DNA from: the human T2T-CHM13v2.0 reference genome, Homo sapiens
Assembly (NCBI RefSeq): GCF_009914755.1
Contig: NC_060925.1
DNA length: 64,000 nt
Direction: 5' to 3' (one strand)
Part shown: positions 1-15,487 of the stretch, in pieces
How positions within the stretch are numbered: position 1 is the first letter of the stretch
Layout of the letters: each line of letters starts with the position of its first letter
Notes under the pieces: model-generated
Database searches by the model: none
What the model was told of the DNA's origin: nothing
Seen by the model: the letters and a program-made list of their open reading frames with translations, nothing else
Position numbers and translations under genes: made by a program

Positions 1-441
1 AGGTACACTTATGTATCACTGACAACCAGACTTTTTTTTGGTTTATTTTTGATTTCTCTTGACTTTGGAATAACAATGTCTGTGGTCCAAATTTAGCTTT
101 TCAGAATGATTTCAGTTTGGAGCTCACCTTTTTATTTCAGTTTCCACTGGGATAAATATATAGCACTAGGAAAAAAATAATATGCTACTTTTATTTAGGT
201 AATGCTTATTTTTGTATAGGATGATATACACCTAGTATTACAAAGGCTCCTTTTAACAAAAATAAGAAACAGAAAACATGTCAGAATTCATAGATCTGCA
301 GGAGTTTTTTTTCCCCTGCACGGTGGAAATGCAGTCTTCGTTTATTAGTATACTAAAGAGAACCATTTTATAGATAGATGATAACTACAACAGTTTGGTT
401 TTTAATGCACTTAATCATTTTGGGGACTGCAGACACTTAGC

Positions 442-745
442 TTTTTTTTTTTTTTTTTTTTTTTTGAGGTGGAGTCTCTCTCTGTCACCCAGGCTGGAGT
501 GCAATGGCATGATCTTGGCTCACTGCAACCTCTGCCTCCCGGGTTGAAGTGATTCTCCTGCCTTAGCCTCCTGAGTAGCTGGGATTACAGGCGCGTGCCA
601 CCACGCCTGGCTAATTTTTGTATTTTTAGTAGTCAGGGGTTTCACCATGTTGGTCAGGCTGGTCTTGAACTCCTGACCTCGTGATCCACCCGCCTCGGCT
701 TCCCAAAGTGCTGGGATTACAGGCGTGAGCCACCGTGCTTGGCAG
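442..745 (-). mobile_element. AluS
   Basis: Full dimer, poly(T) on left, agcttttt TSD. Confidence 0.92.
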
Positions 746-1030
746 CTTTTTTTTTTTTTTAACTTAAGATAAAATTAATTTGCATTCCTTCAGCATGCAT
801 AGAGTGGTAGGCAGAGCAGGGTTTGGCCAAGTTCCATGACAAAGAGAGGCTATCCTATGACTTTAAAATTTCCTGCATATGTCATCAGATGAACAAACTG
901 AATAATTGAATTGACTCATTTGTAATATTTCTCTTTCACGTTTCTGTGTTTAAGACCTGAAATTGTTTCTATATGGAAAAATCACTTCTATTTTTCATAG
1001 TCCTTCCTGTGGTCATCAGTTTTTGCTTAA

Positions 1031-1349
<319 letters not shown>

Positions 1350-1636
1350 CTTTCCCCACTTTCAACACTAGTAGTATACAAAACGTGAGCTAAAAATATT
1401 TTGAAGGCTGGTCACCCTATTTTTCGTCCCCTTTTTGGAGTGTAGTGGGGTTTCTTTCCATTCTTTGCAAGTTGTTTCTTTAATATGTCAAAATGTCTAA
1501 GAACTTCAGAACCATATACATCTTGTGTTGCCCATCAGATTGCTTGGTTACTTGCTGCCAATTGGTTCACCTCTATAGGAAACTATTTGCAATTGGGTTG
1601 AAGTGTTAACATCTGACTTTAAGTCATTTTAACTGA

Positions 1637-1930
<294 letters not shown>

Positions 1931-2097
1931 AAGTCATTTTTACTTTGATTCAGAGTTAGCCGATGCTATTTACCTTCCAGTAGGTTACTTACATTGTATG
2001 TTTCAGGATCAAAAATTAATTTCTTACTGCATGGTGTTAGGCATGACAGTTTTGTGAGGGAGCAAGAAGATTTTAGATGTCTTACTCATTACTCATT

Positions 2098-2406
2098 TCT
2101 TTTTTTTTTTTTTTTTTTTTTTTGAGACCGAGTCTCGCTCTCTCGCCCAGGCTGGAGTGCAGTGGCACAATCTTGGCTTGCTGCAACCTCCATCTCCCGG
2201 GTTCAAGCAGTTCTCCCTGCCTCAGCCTCCCAAGTAGCTGGGATTACAGGCATCTGCCACCATGCCTGGCTAATTTTTGTATTTTTAGTAGAGATGGGGT
2301 TTCACCATGTTGGCCAGGATGGTCCCGAACCCCTGACCTCAGGTCATCCACCCACCTCAGCCTCCCAAAGTGCAGGCTTTACAGGCGTGAGCCACCACGC
2401 CTGGCT
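2098..2406 (-). mobile_element. AluS
   Basis: Dimer; ttactcattt flanks. Confidence 0.92.
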
Positions 2407-2613
2407 GTCTTTACTCATTTTGCTGAAAAAGAAAATAAAAATAAAAAATGCCTTTTGACCTCTTGGTGCCACTTACATTTCATTATGCCATGACTCTATC
2501 CCGAGATCCTGTTACTTTTTTTTACAAAGTTTTCTAGCTTCATTTATTCAAGATGCTCCTACATTCTCATGGTAAACTATAAATCATCTGCCCATAGGCT
2601 TTTATTGGGTTAA

Positions 2614-3019
<406 letters not shown>

Positions 3020-3256
3020 TCTCAGCAAGATTTTTAAGACTTGATTAATACAGTAGAAGATTCTATTTAAAATGCCAGAAGCCCATCAAATTAGCAGGGT
3101 ATGTGAAGCATTCTTATGAAATAAAACATGATAAATATGACATTATTCATGTCTCTGGATATAATTACATGGTTAAGAAAATACTTGGTAGAGTCAGTCA
3201 TATACATTGCTTGGTTATTGTGATTATAACCCTAGACTAGAAATATTTAGTGTTTT

Positions 3257-3671
3257 TTTTTTCAATAGGTTTTTGGGGAACAGGTGGTGTTTGGGTTACA
3301 TGAATAAGTTCTTTAGTGGTGATTTCTGAGATTTTGGTGCACCCATTACCCGAGCAGTGTATACTAGACCCAGTGTGTAGTCTTTTACCTCTCACTCCTC
3401 TACCACCCTATCCCCCAAGTCCCCAAAGTCCATTGTATCATTCTTAAGCCCTTTCATCGTCTTCATAGCTTTGCTCCCACTTATGAATGAGAACATACCA
3501 TGTTTGGTTTTCCATTTCTGAGTTACTTCACTTAGAATAATGGTCTCCAATTCCATCCAGGTTGCTGTGAATGCCATTATTTCATTCTTTTTTATGGCTA
3601 AATAGTATTCTATGGTATATATATATATACCATAATTTCTTTATCTACTCCTTGATTGATGGGCATTTGGG
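3257..3671 (-). mobile_element. 5'-truncated L1PB-like 3' end
   Basis: Encodes ORF2 end MAFTATWMELETIILSEV with L1PB-type 3' UTR; perfect 17-bp TSD gaaatatttagtgtttt at 3240-3256 and 3672-3688. Confidence 0.88.
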
Positions 3672-3787
3672 GAAATATTTAGTGTTTTAAAACAATTATA
3701 GTTTAATATGTGTGAACACTGTAGATTTTTTTAGAACAATGGAAGGAAGGTTTTATTTATAACACATCAGACTTGATATGTAATTGA

Positions 3788-5127
<1,340 letters not shown>

Positions 5128-6201
5128 AAGATAACCCCTCCCTGTGTGGAAAAATTACCTCCCAGAATTCTCCAGATTCACTGGAGAAGATGATATTGAT
5201 GGTGGACTACACTGAAGTAGCCTGCTCTGTTCTGGAAGGCATGCTTCAAGAGAGACATAAAGTGCAGCCTATGTTGAGAATGTGAACAGGAGAGTGGGTG
5301 AGGTAAGGCAGATGTAGTGGGGATGGTGAACCTACAGAATGGTGGAGGCAGGGACAGCACAGCCCCTTTTAGGTACCCAGAGGGTTCCTACTTGAAATTT
5401 GGACACTTCTGTGTAGTTCCCAAAGGCAAGGTACAACTTATTTTGCAAGGAGAGAAATTTAGGCTTACTTTAAGGAAAAACCATGAGTCAGGGATTCTAA
5501 GTGACATCTTTAATATTATTGTAATAGTTCTATGGAAATTACATTTCTGATATGTATCTGTTCTTATTAATGTTGTGTACCTGAGACCCTCTCATTATCA
5601 CAAACAGAAATGAAGACCTTCAGAGCCAGTCCAGCCTTACACGTAAGCAGAGTAGGGGAAATTCCCAGGGACAGACGCTGCACCACAAATACCTTTCCTA
5701 ACAGCTTGTCACTGGTAACTTCAGTTCCTAGAGAGGCATTCCTTTTCATTAGGGCATTGATCTTCTGTTGAAGTTCAAATATCCATGGAGAGGTAACACA
5801 GTACATTGTATAGTGAGTGGAAAGCATGTTTTATGTGGGGAGAAAGTGGGTGAGGCAATTCCGTGTATCCTAAGTGAAGGCCTATTGTGGGGGCCCTCAT
5901 TGAGCAGAAGGCATAGTTAGTGCTAGACGCATGATGGAGGGAGATCAGGCTGGAGAAATGGAGGAAGCCGCCAGCAAGAGAAGAGAGAAAAGGGGAAGGG
6001 GAAGGGTGTATAGGAACTTAAACTTTAATGTATTGAGAATTTTGCTGAATTGTAACCAGTGTCTTTTAAATATTTTATAGTTGGTGAAATTATTATTTTT
6101 AATTAGAATTTGATTCACACAACATCCTGCAAGTAGATATTATTATCCACATCTTACAGATAAAGAAACTGAGGCTCAGGAAGGCAACAGGGACCTACAG
6201 C

Positions 6202-6504
6202 TTTTTTTTTTTTTTTTTTTTTGAGAAGTAGTCTTGCCCTGTCGCCCAGGATAGAGTGCAGTGATGCAATCTTGGCCCACTGCAACCTCTGCCTCCTGGG
6301 TTCAAGCAATTCTTCTTCCTCAGCCTCCTGAGTAGCTGGGATTACAGGCACACACTACCACACCTGGCTAATTTTTGTATTTTTAGTAGAGATGGGGTTT
6401 CACCATGTTGGTCAGGCTCGTCCCCAACTCCCGACCTCAGGTGATCTGCCCACTTTGGCCTCCAAAAGTGCTGGGATTACAGGCGTGAGCCACCACACCT
6501 GGCT
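6202..6504 (-). mobile_element. AluS inserted in a MIR
   Basis: TSD ggacctacagctttt at 6191 and 6505; flanks carry MIR core (acagataaagaaactgaggctcag ... aacccaggccttctgactcc). Confidence 0.9.
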
Positions 6505-6694
6505 GGACCTACAGCTTTTAAGTAGTGTAGCCAGGACCCCAACCCAGGCCTTCTGACTCCCTGTTTCTTCAGGATGTGTTTCAAAGACTTAAGCAGTAAA
6601 TATTTAGATGAATTAAAGTTAGGTAGTAAAGATTTTAAGGAAAACTAGCCAAGATGCTTGTAGATGTTTGTTTTTGTTATGTAAATCTAATTAA

Positions 6695-7046
<352 letters not shown>

Positions 7047-7636
7047 TGACCAGTGATAGTTTTCTATTTTGGTATCAGAGAGACTATATGTACTTGGGCA
7101 ATATCTGGCCCCTTTATTTTAAAACTAAATGCCAAGCTGTGGCTACATTTGAACTGGCTCCTTGACTTTGTTTAAGATCATATAATACATCATGTAACTG
7201 TAAGTGTTCTATAAATATTTAAATTGATTAAATGACTTTTAAAAAGGAGCAAGCAGGACTTTTATAACTGAATTACGGGGGCTGTCTGAGGTATGCCAAC
7301 ACTTAAATTTTTGTCATTTATGTTTTTTAATATTGTTTTTTGTTATTTATTTTTGGTAATTTATAAATACAATTTTTGTTTTGCTTAGGTTATATTAAAA
7401 TTTCTAGTTTTTAAAGGTTTGACTACTTTTTAGCTTACATTTTTAGAGATTATAACTGTAGCCCAGAGCTCCTCCGGAATTAATCTGTTCCTCTTACTAC
7501 AGGCTCTCTGAAATTATCAAACAGATAAAGGACATAATTCTTCAGGGTCCATTGAGAAAAACAGTTGTTCTTTTAAGTATCCTAGACTTCCTTTTATTTA
7601 TCCTAGACTTCCTTTTATTTTTAAGAACAGATTTAA

Positions 7637-8319
<683 letters not shown>

Positions 8320-9557
8320 AAAAAATTTTATTTTTTAAGGTGTCCAGTATGATGTTTTGATACACATAGTGAAATGGTTACTACAGTCAAGCCAATTAAA
8401 TGTATCTATCATCTCACATAGTTACCCTTTTTTTGTAATAGTAATTAATTAATATTAATTTTACTTAGGTGTTTGGTTGTTTTTGTCCTTCTTTTCCTCC
8501 ATCTTATTTCAAAAAACCTTGTTTCAGTTCAAAGAATCTTAATTCAGAGGTGTAAGTAGAGCTTTTTTCTGTGGGTCAGTATCCCTTCCAGGAGAAGATT
8601 GTGGAAAACCTGGTGAAAGGAGTAGTACTCCTTTATCAAGTAGGCTCTTGCTAGGGAAGAGTTTTATAAGTACCCCAGGGACCTTGGACCCTCACTGTTA
8701 TCAGGTACTTGAAGAATTGGTCCAGATGATCTCAAAAGTTCTCTTTAACTTAGAGCTTTTGTGATTCAATGAACTGAGTTAAAAGGCTACAGTAATTTAT
8801 ATGGGGACCTGGGAGTAGATGATTGAGCACGTTGTTGATTCCAGGCCATAGTCAACATTCAGCCCTGCTAGTCTACAGGTGCTGGGAGAACCTGGTGCTG
8901 AGTTATGTTAATGGCAAGGGCCCTTGAATAGGAGCCAGAAGACCTATTCTGGTTCAAATTCTGCTTCTGTCACTTGATAGTACCTTCTTGTTTACACTTC
9001 AGTATGCATTATTTTCATCATGCTATATGTCCTTAATATTTGGGAAGATACTTGAAACAATTAGTAAACAGTGTAAGGTAGTGCATATATTATACATAAT
9101 CAAGTACCAAATTATGTGGCACAAACTGGAGAAGCTGCAGTTAGGATATAAGATTAATTAGTATGGGCTTGGCATAGTTCTAAGTGGAAGAGAGAGGAAT
9201 TAAACTGGGCTTTGAAGGAATGTAGGAGTCGAGGGGATGAGGGGGTGGAAGGATTCTCAGTACAAGGACACATCTGTAAGAAGGAACCTGGCATGTGGGG
9301 GGCATGGTAAGATCATCTTGTCTTGAACAAAGCAAGGCATGTATGGGGGTTAGGGATGGCCGCAATATTCAGGGAGTCTGAAAATTAATATAACACAAGT
9401 TGCTAGAGACTCTTGCTTTTCTTATCTTCTTTTTGGGTCATTTTAACCTTAAAGTAAACATGACTGGACATGTTTTGTTGTTATTCAGTTGGAGGAGGGA
9501 GGATTCTTCCATCTTTCTAATGTTTTTAATGACTTATATTCATTTTCTCTTTCATAG

Positions 9558-11135
9558 ATGACCACTGAGCAGTTTACAGGAGATCATACTCAGCACTTTT
9601 TGGATGGAGGTGAGATGAAGGTAGAACAGCTGTTTCAAGAATTTGGCAACAGAAAATCCAATACTATTCAGTCAGATGGCATCAGTGACTCTGAAAAATG
9701 CTCTCCTACTGTTTCTCAGGGTAAAAGTTCAGATTGCTTGAATACAGTAAAATCCAACAGTTCATCCAAGGCACCCAAAGTGGTGCCTCTGACTCCAGAA
9801 CAAGCCCTGAAGCAATATAAACACCACCTCACTGCCTATGAGAAACTGGAAATAATTAATTATCCAGAAATTTACTTTGTAGGTCCAAATGCCAAGAAAA
9901 GACATGGAGTTATTGGTGGTCCCAATAATGGAGGGTATGATGATGCAGATGGGGCCTATATTCATGTACCTCGAGACCATCTAGCTTATCGATATGAGGT
10001 GCTGAAAATTATTGGCAAGGGGAGTTTTGGGCAGGTGGCCAGGGTCTATGATCACAAACTTCGACAGTACGTGGCCCTAAAAATGGTGCGCAATGAGAAG
10101 CGCTTTCATCGTCAAGCAGCTGAGGAGATCCGGATTTTGGAGCATCTTAAGAAACAGGATAAAACTGGTAGTATGAACGTTATCCACATGCTGGAAAGTT
10201 TCACATTCCGGAACCATGTTTGCATGGCCTTTGAATTGCTGAGCATAGACCTTTATGAGCTGATTAAAAAAAATAAGTTTCAGGGTTTTAGCGTCCAGTT
10301 GGTACGCAAGTTTGCCCAGTCCATCTTGCAATCTTTGGATGCCCTCCACAAAAATAAGATTATTCACTGCGATCTGAAGCCAGAAAACATTCTCCTGAAA
10401 CACCACGGGCGCAGTTCAACCAAGGTCATTGACTTTGGGTCCAGCTGTTTCGAGTACCAGAAGCTCTACACATATATCCAGTCTCGGTTCTACAGAGCTC
10501 CAGAAATCATCTTAGGAAGCCGCTACAGCACACCAATTGACATATGGAGTTTTGGCTGCATCCTTGCAGAACTTTTAACAGGACAGCCTCTCTTCCCTGG
10601 AGAGGATGAAGGAGACCAGTTGGCCTGCATGATGGAGCTTCTAGGGATGCCACCACCAAAACTTCTGGAGCAATCCAAACGTGCCAAGTACTTTATTAAT
10701 TCCAAGGGCATACCCCGCTACTGCTCTGTGACTACCCAGGCAGATGGGAGGGTTGTGCTTGTGGGGGGTCGCTCACGTAGGGGTAAAAAGCGGGGTCCCC
10801 CAGGCAGCAAAGACTGGGGGACAGCACTGAAAGGGTGTGATGACTACTTGTTTATAGAGTTCTTGAAAAGGTGTCTTCACTGGGACCCCTCTGCCCGCTT
10901 GACCCCAGCTCAAGCATTAAGACACCCTTGGATTAGCAAGTCTGTCCCCAGACCTCTCACCACCATAGACAAGGTGTCAGGGAAACGGGTAGTTAATCCT
11001 GCAAGTGCTTTCCAGGGATTGGGTTCTAAGCTGCCTCCAGTTGTTGGAATAGCCAATAAGCTTAAAGCTAACTTAATGTCAGAAACCAATGGTAGTATAC
11101 CCCTATGCAGTGTATTGCCAAAACTGATTAGCTAG
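9558..11135 (+). CDS. DYRK3: DYRK3 terminal coding exon (525 C-terminal codons, whole kinase domain); upstream exons lie outside the window
   Basis: Acceptor ttttctctttcatAG ends at 9557. ORF has DH box [32 protein letters not shown] activation loop and SRFYRAPE; ends VLPKLIS-TAG, recognised as DYRK3. Confidence 0.98.
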
Positions 11136-11339
11136 TGGACAGAGATATGCCCAGAGATGCATATGTGTATATTTTTATGATCTTACAAACCTGCAAATGG
11201 AAAAAATGCAAGCCCATTGGTGGATGTTTTTGTTAGAGTAGACTTTTTTTAAACAAGACAAAACATTTTTATATGATTATAAAAGAATTCTTCAAGGGCT
11301 AATTACCTAACCAGCTTGTATTGGCCATCTGGAATATGC

Positions 11340-11345
11340 ATTAAA
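11340..11345 (+). terminator. Candidate proximal DYRK3 polyadenylation signal ATTAAA
   Basis: ATTAAA about 205 nt after the stop codon, followed by T/GT-rich sequence (ctttgttattat). Confidence 0.6.
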
Positions 11346-12453
11346 TGACTTTTTATAGGTCAATGCATCTTTGTTATTATCGTCAGATGTATTTCAACTG
11401 ATGTATTATACTATTGGTTTAAATCTCTTTCTCTCAAGATAGAAGGTGTAGCAAAAGTATCCCAACTACTCCTCGCTTCTAGTGTCCCTCGGCATCTGTT
11501 CTGGAGGGGTAATTTGGGATGTGGTGTTAGTTGTGGCTGAGAGCCAGTGCTAGGTCCCTTGCCCCACTAGGCCATTCTCTAGGCTCATTCTAGGTGAAAG
11601 AGCTCACAGCAGACTGTGGGGTGGGGGAGCACCAGGAAGCTGTTGGTGACCTGGACAACTGGTGTCCCTGGTTTTCAGTGACTCGCTCCTCTTCCCTTCA
11701 GTTCTCTGATGTTTGGTGTTATTATTTTATGTTGTTATTTTGCCTCTGATTTGTTTCCTAGTCACTCAAAGCATTTTACAGAAGCCTTACCACTTTACTA
11801 AATAACCCTGTAAGGTACTGATTTAAAAACTGAGTCATATGCATCCCTCCTCCTTTCCTCTCCCATGCCCAAGGAAGATAAAACAGCTTCTCTGCCACAA
11901 TTGACCCAGAGTGGTAAAGATAGAGAATCAGCATGAAAACTGCAGTTCCCCAGCTTTGTGGTACTCCACGGACCAGCCTCCTTGCTGCATTTTCATAGAA
12001 TCTCTTCCTTATAAAAGTAATCACTCTCGGATAAACCTTACTACAGTTTAAAAATGCTTCCCTCTTCTCTTTACAGCTACCTGCCACTTCAATGTGCCAC
12101 ATTTTTCCCCCCACTTTCACGTTAAGCTTAATGCTATTCCCTAGATCTGAGTGAACTTCAGTTAGAAGAAGAAAACTAAAAATCCAGAAACTGGTGATAA
12201 TCAAGTTTTCCCTTTTTATGTTTCTTAATTTTATTCTCTTCAACAGCTTTTCTTTTTCTCTGCTAAGATTTAAACAGTGAGGGCTGATAATAAAACTAAT
12301 TGTTAAGCCAGTGTCCTACTTACAAGGGTGGAGACGGGACAGAAGCTAACTCACTGCTACTGGGTTTTGTTTGTTGTTTCCTGTCCCTTGCTCTATTTCT
12401 GTCCTCTTCCAGAACAAAAGTATGCTCAAGTTCTATCCTAAATGTGTGCTCTT

Positions 12454-12730
<277 letters not shown>

Positions 12731-15181
12731 TGTGTTCTTTAAAGTAGAATATTTGCTTTTTACAATATAGTTCTCAGAATGATCCAGTTCCATTTATTAT
12801 TCTAGAATGTGGTGCAAACTCAATGACATTGGAAGAGACTCTTTTTGTTGGGCAGTGTAGGAACAAGAAAAGAAAATAAAAATGCCATGAGTATATTATT
12901 TAAGGAACTTTTGTTTTATCCAAAAGTAGTCATGATTGCTGTAGCATAGGCTGTGAAAAATGAGAGAGTGCAAATCTCTCTCATTTAAATGTCCACAGTG
13001 GCTTTAGTCTCCCAAGTACAAGGGCCAGATGGCAGAGAACAGCTTAAACTGAGCCTTCAGCCTCATTAATAGGAGGAAGTCTTGGTACTTTTGGTGACTA
13101 AGAAACTGGATTATTTAAAACCTTAATTATCTCCTTTACTCCTGGTTTACAGAAGGCAATAAATATACAACTCCTTTAGATCCCTCTAACTCCTGCTGAA
13201 TTTTCTTTCTTTTTTTCTAAGTCTGCATCCTATCTCTTGATTCCATTGCCTGAAGAAGCTGTGTGAAATTAGTCTGGTTATTGGTTTTCTTGTCTGATAG
13301 TGGCATCTTGATCTCTTCAGATGTCACACTAAATGCTGCTCATAACCCATCCTCCTCTTCTTTATTCATCACTGCCTTCTTCAAGGGAGGTCTTGAAACT
13401 GCCTCATCTACCTCATGATCTGCTAGTCGAGATAGTGACTCTTTGGAAGTTGGTAGTCCAATGTCTGCTTCCCCGCATTAACCACATTGCGTAGGTTTGG
13501 GAATTTTGCAGGTGCTAAATCATCATGGCCAGGAAGATGAAACACCTTGAGAAATGGGAACATCTCTTCACTGTGTTCTTGGATCAGCCTTCTTTCAACT
13601 ACCAAGAAATGGATGATTTCTCTGCCAACTCCAGGAAGTAGTACAGCATGATTGAATCCTTCTTCAGTGAATCTTTTCATTGTAACTTAGGGTGTAAAAG
13701 CTCATATCTACTCAAAAAACTCAAATCTACTCTTTCAGTAGATATGAGCTTACATTGACTTATGAATGGTTTTCCTGTAGGCCCAACAGTGTCATGACCC
13801 TCCAGTTGAAACAAAGCATGAGTTATTTTTATATCGAGTCCTTGAACTGCTAGCCAGGTAGATGTTTCCTTGAAGTCCAGAGCAGGATCCAAGTCAGATG
13901 AAGGAGGTGGCACACCTGGCTTAACTGCAGATCAGGGAGCATTGAACCTCTACAATTTGCTGCATTGGATTTCTGCATGGGTTTCTCACTGAATAGTAAA
14001 TTAGAGAAAATGCTACTTTTACTATTTTGCATTTTATATCAACATTAGCAGCCTGTTCCCACTCAGGTGCTGTCCAAGGCACATGTTTCCTTGGGATGTT
14101 TGGACAGAATGATCTGGCTTGATGTATTTCTTGGGCTCTGGTACCACATCATAGAGTTGGTTAAATGTAGCCAGCAGCAGTGTCAAGACAGCTGACACTG
14201 TCTTCCAAGAGTGAATGCATTGGCCTTTGGAACTGCTGCTAAAGCCATGTGTGGGGTGGCGAGCACATCTTTAGGTGGCAGCAAGGCTATATCTGATTGA
14301 CACAGATCTGAAGTCTCTAACACCATATTGCTGTTGTCCTGAATTTTCTAACTTGGAGAAATTTAAGGATCTCCTGCATTATCTAGGCAGAGCATATGTT
14401 GAGGTTGTTTTGCCAGTTGTTATCAGTGTTGAAGAACTGCTCCTGTAAGCAAACTGTTAAAAGCATTACTACCCCATATGCATCTGATGTACACTGTGTT
14501 TTGGTGTTTGTGTTTTTAGTGAGAGTTCTAGCCAGTACTGTGCCTGAACTTGGGAGAGAAAGGGGCCTGTGGCTGAGGTTGGTGCGTGCTCTATTTCTGT
14601 GTATCGAATGGACTACAAGGTTACTGAAACTGGGCTAAGGGAAAGTGTATAGACAACTCATTACACTGTAGACAGATTTTAGAAAGCTACAGGAAGGCAA
14701 ATGGATGTTTCTGCCTCAATTTGGCAACCGAGAGAGTGATGCAGAGCAGAGTCATTGAAGTTGGCATACCTGTCTTCTGCAGGCCAATTCAAGTTTGAGG
14801 AGAGTGGGCTGCTTAAAAACATGGTGCTCGTCCACATGGATTTGAGGAAGTTTATGGTTGGGTTTCAAGCTTAGGGACAAGTTGTGGTTTTTAGAGGCAG
14901 TAACTCTATGCCACCTTATTGGCCACTGTTAAAAGTTTCACTTGGATCCCTGCCCAGCCATAGCAATGAGTGACTGAATTGGATCAGAGTTAGTACAGAA
15001 ATTCAGACTGTCTCTTCCTCAGTTACTGGATTGTTCTTTAGCCATTTTTCTTCTAGTCATTTCAGTCAAACTGGTTAGGTTAGGTGACTTACTGAGTTCT
15101 AAATTGACAAATTTTAATTTCCAAGTTGTTTCTGACACGGTGAGAGTTGGGTTAGAATTTTTATTTCATTCCCCAAGTCAT

Positions 15182-15487
15182 TTTTTCTTTTTCTTTATTT
15201 TTTCTTTTTGAGACAGAGTCTCGCTCTGTCGTCCAGGCTGGAGTGAAGTGGCGCAGTGTTGTCTGCAGCCTCAACCTCCCAGGCTCAGGTGATTCTCCCA
15301 TCTCAACCTCCAGAGTAACTGGGACTACAGTCACGTGCTACCATGCCTGGCTAATTTTTTGTATATCTGTAGAGAGGGGGTTTCACCATGTTGCTCGGGC
15401 TGGTCTTGAACTCCTGGGCTCAAGTGATCCATGTGCCTTACCCTCTCAAAGTGCTGGGATTATAGGTGTGAGCGACCGTGCCCAGCC
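15182..15487 (-). mobile_element. AluJ
   Basis: Diverged dimer with ctcctgggctcaag. Confidence 0.88.

Noticed and set aside
9762-10711. Antisense ORFs within the DYRK3 exon
   Set aside because: Shadow frames of a real CDS; no independent features.
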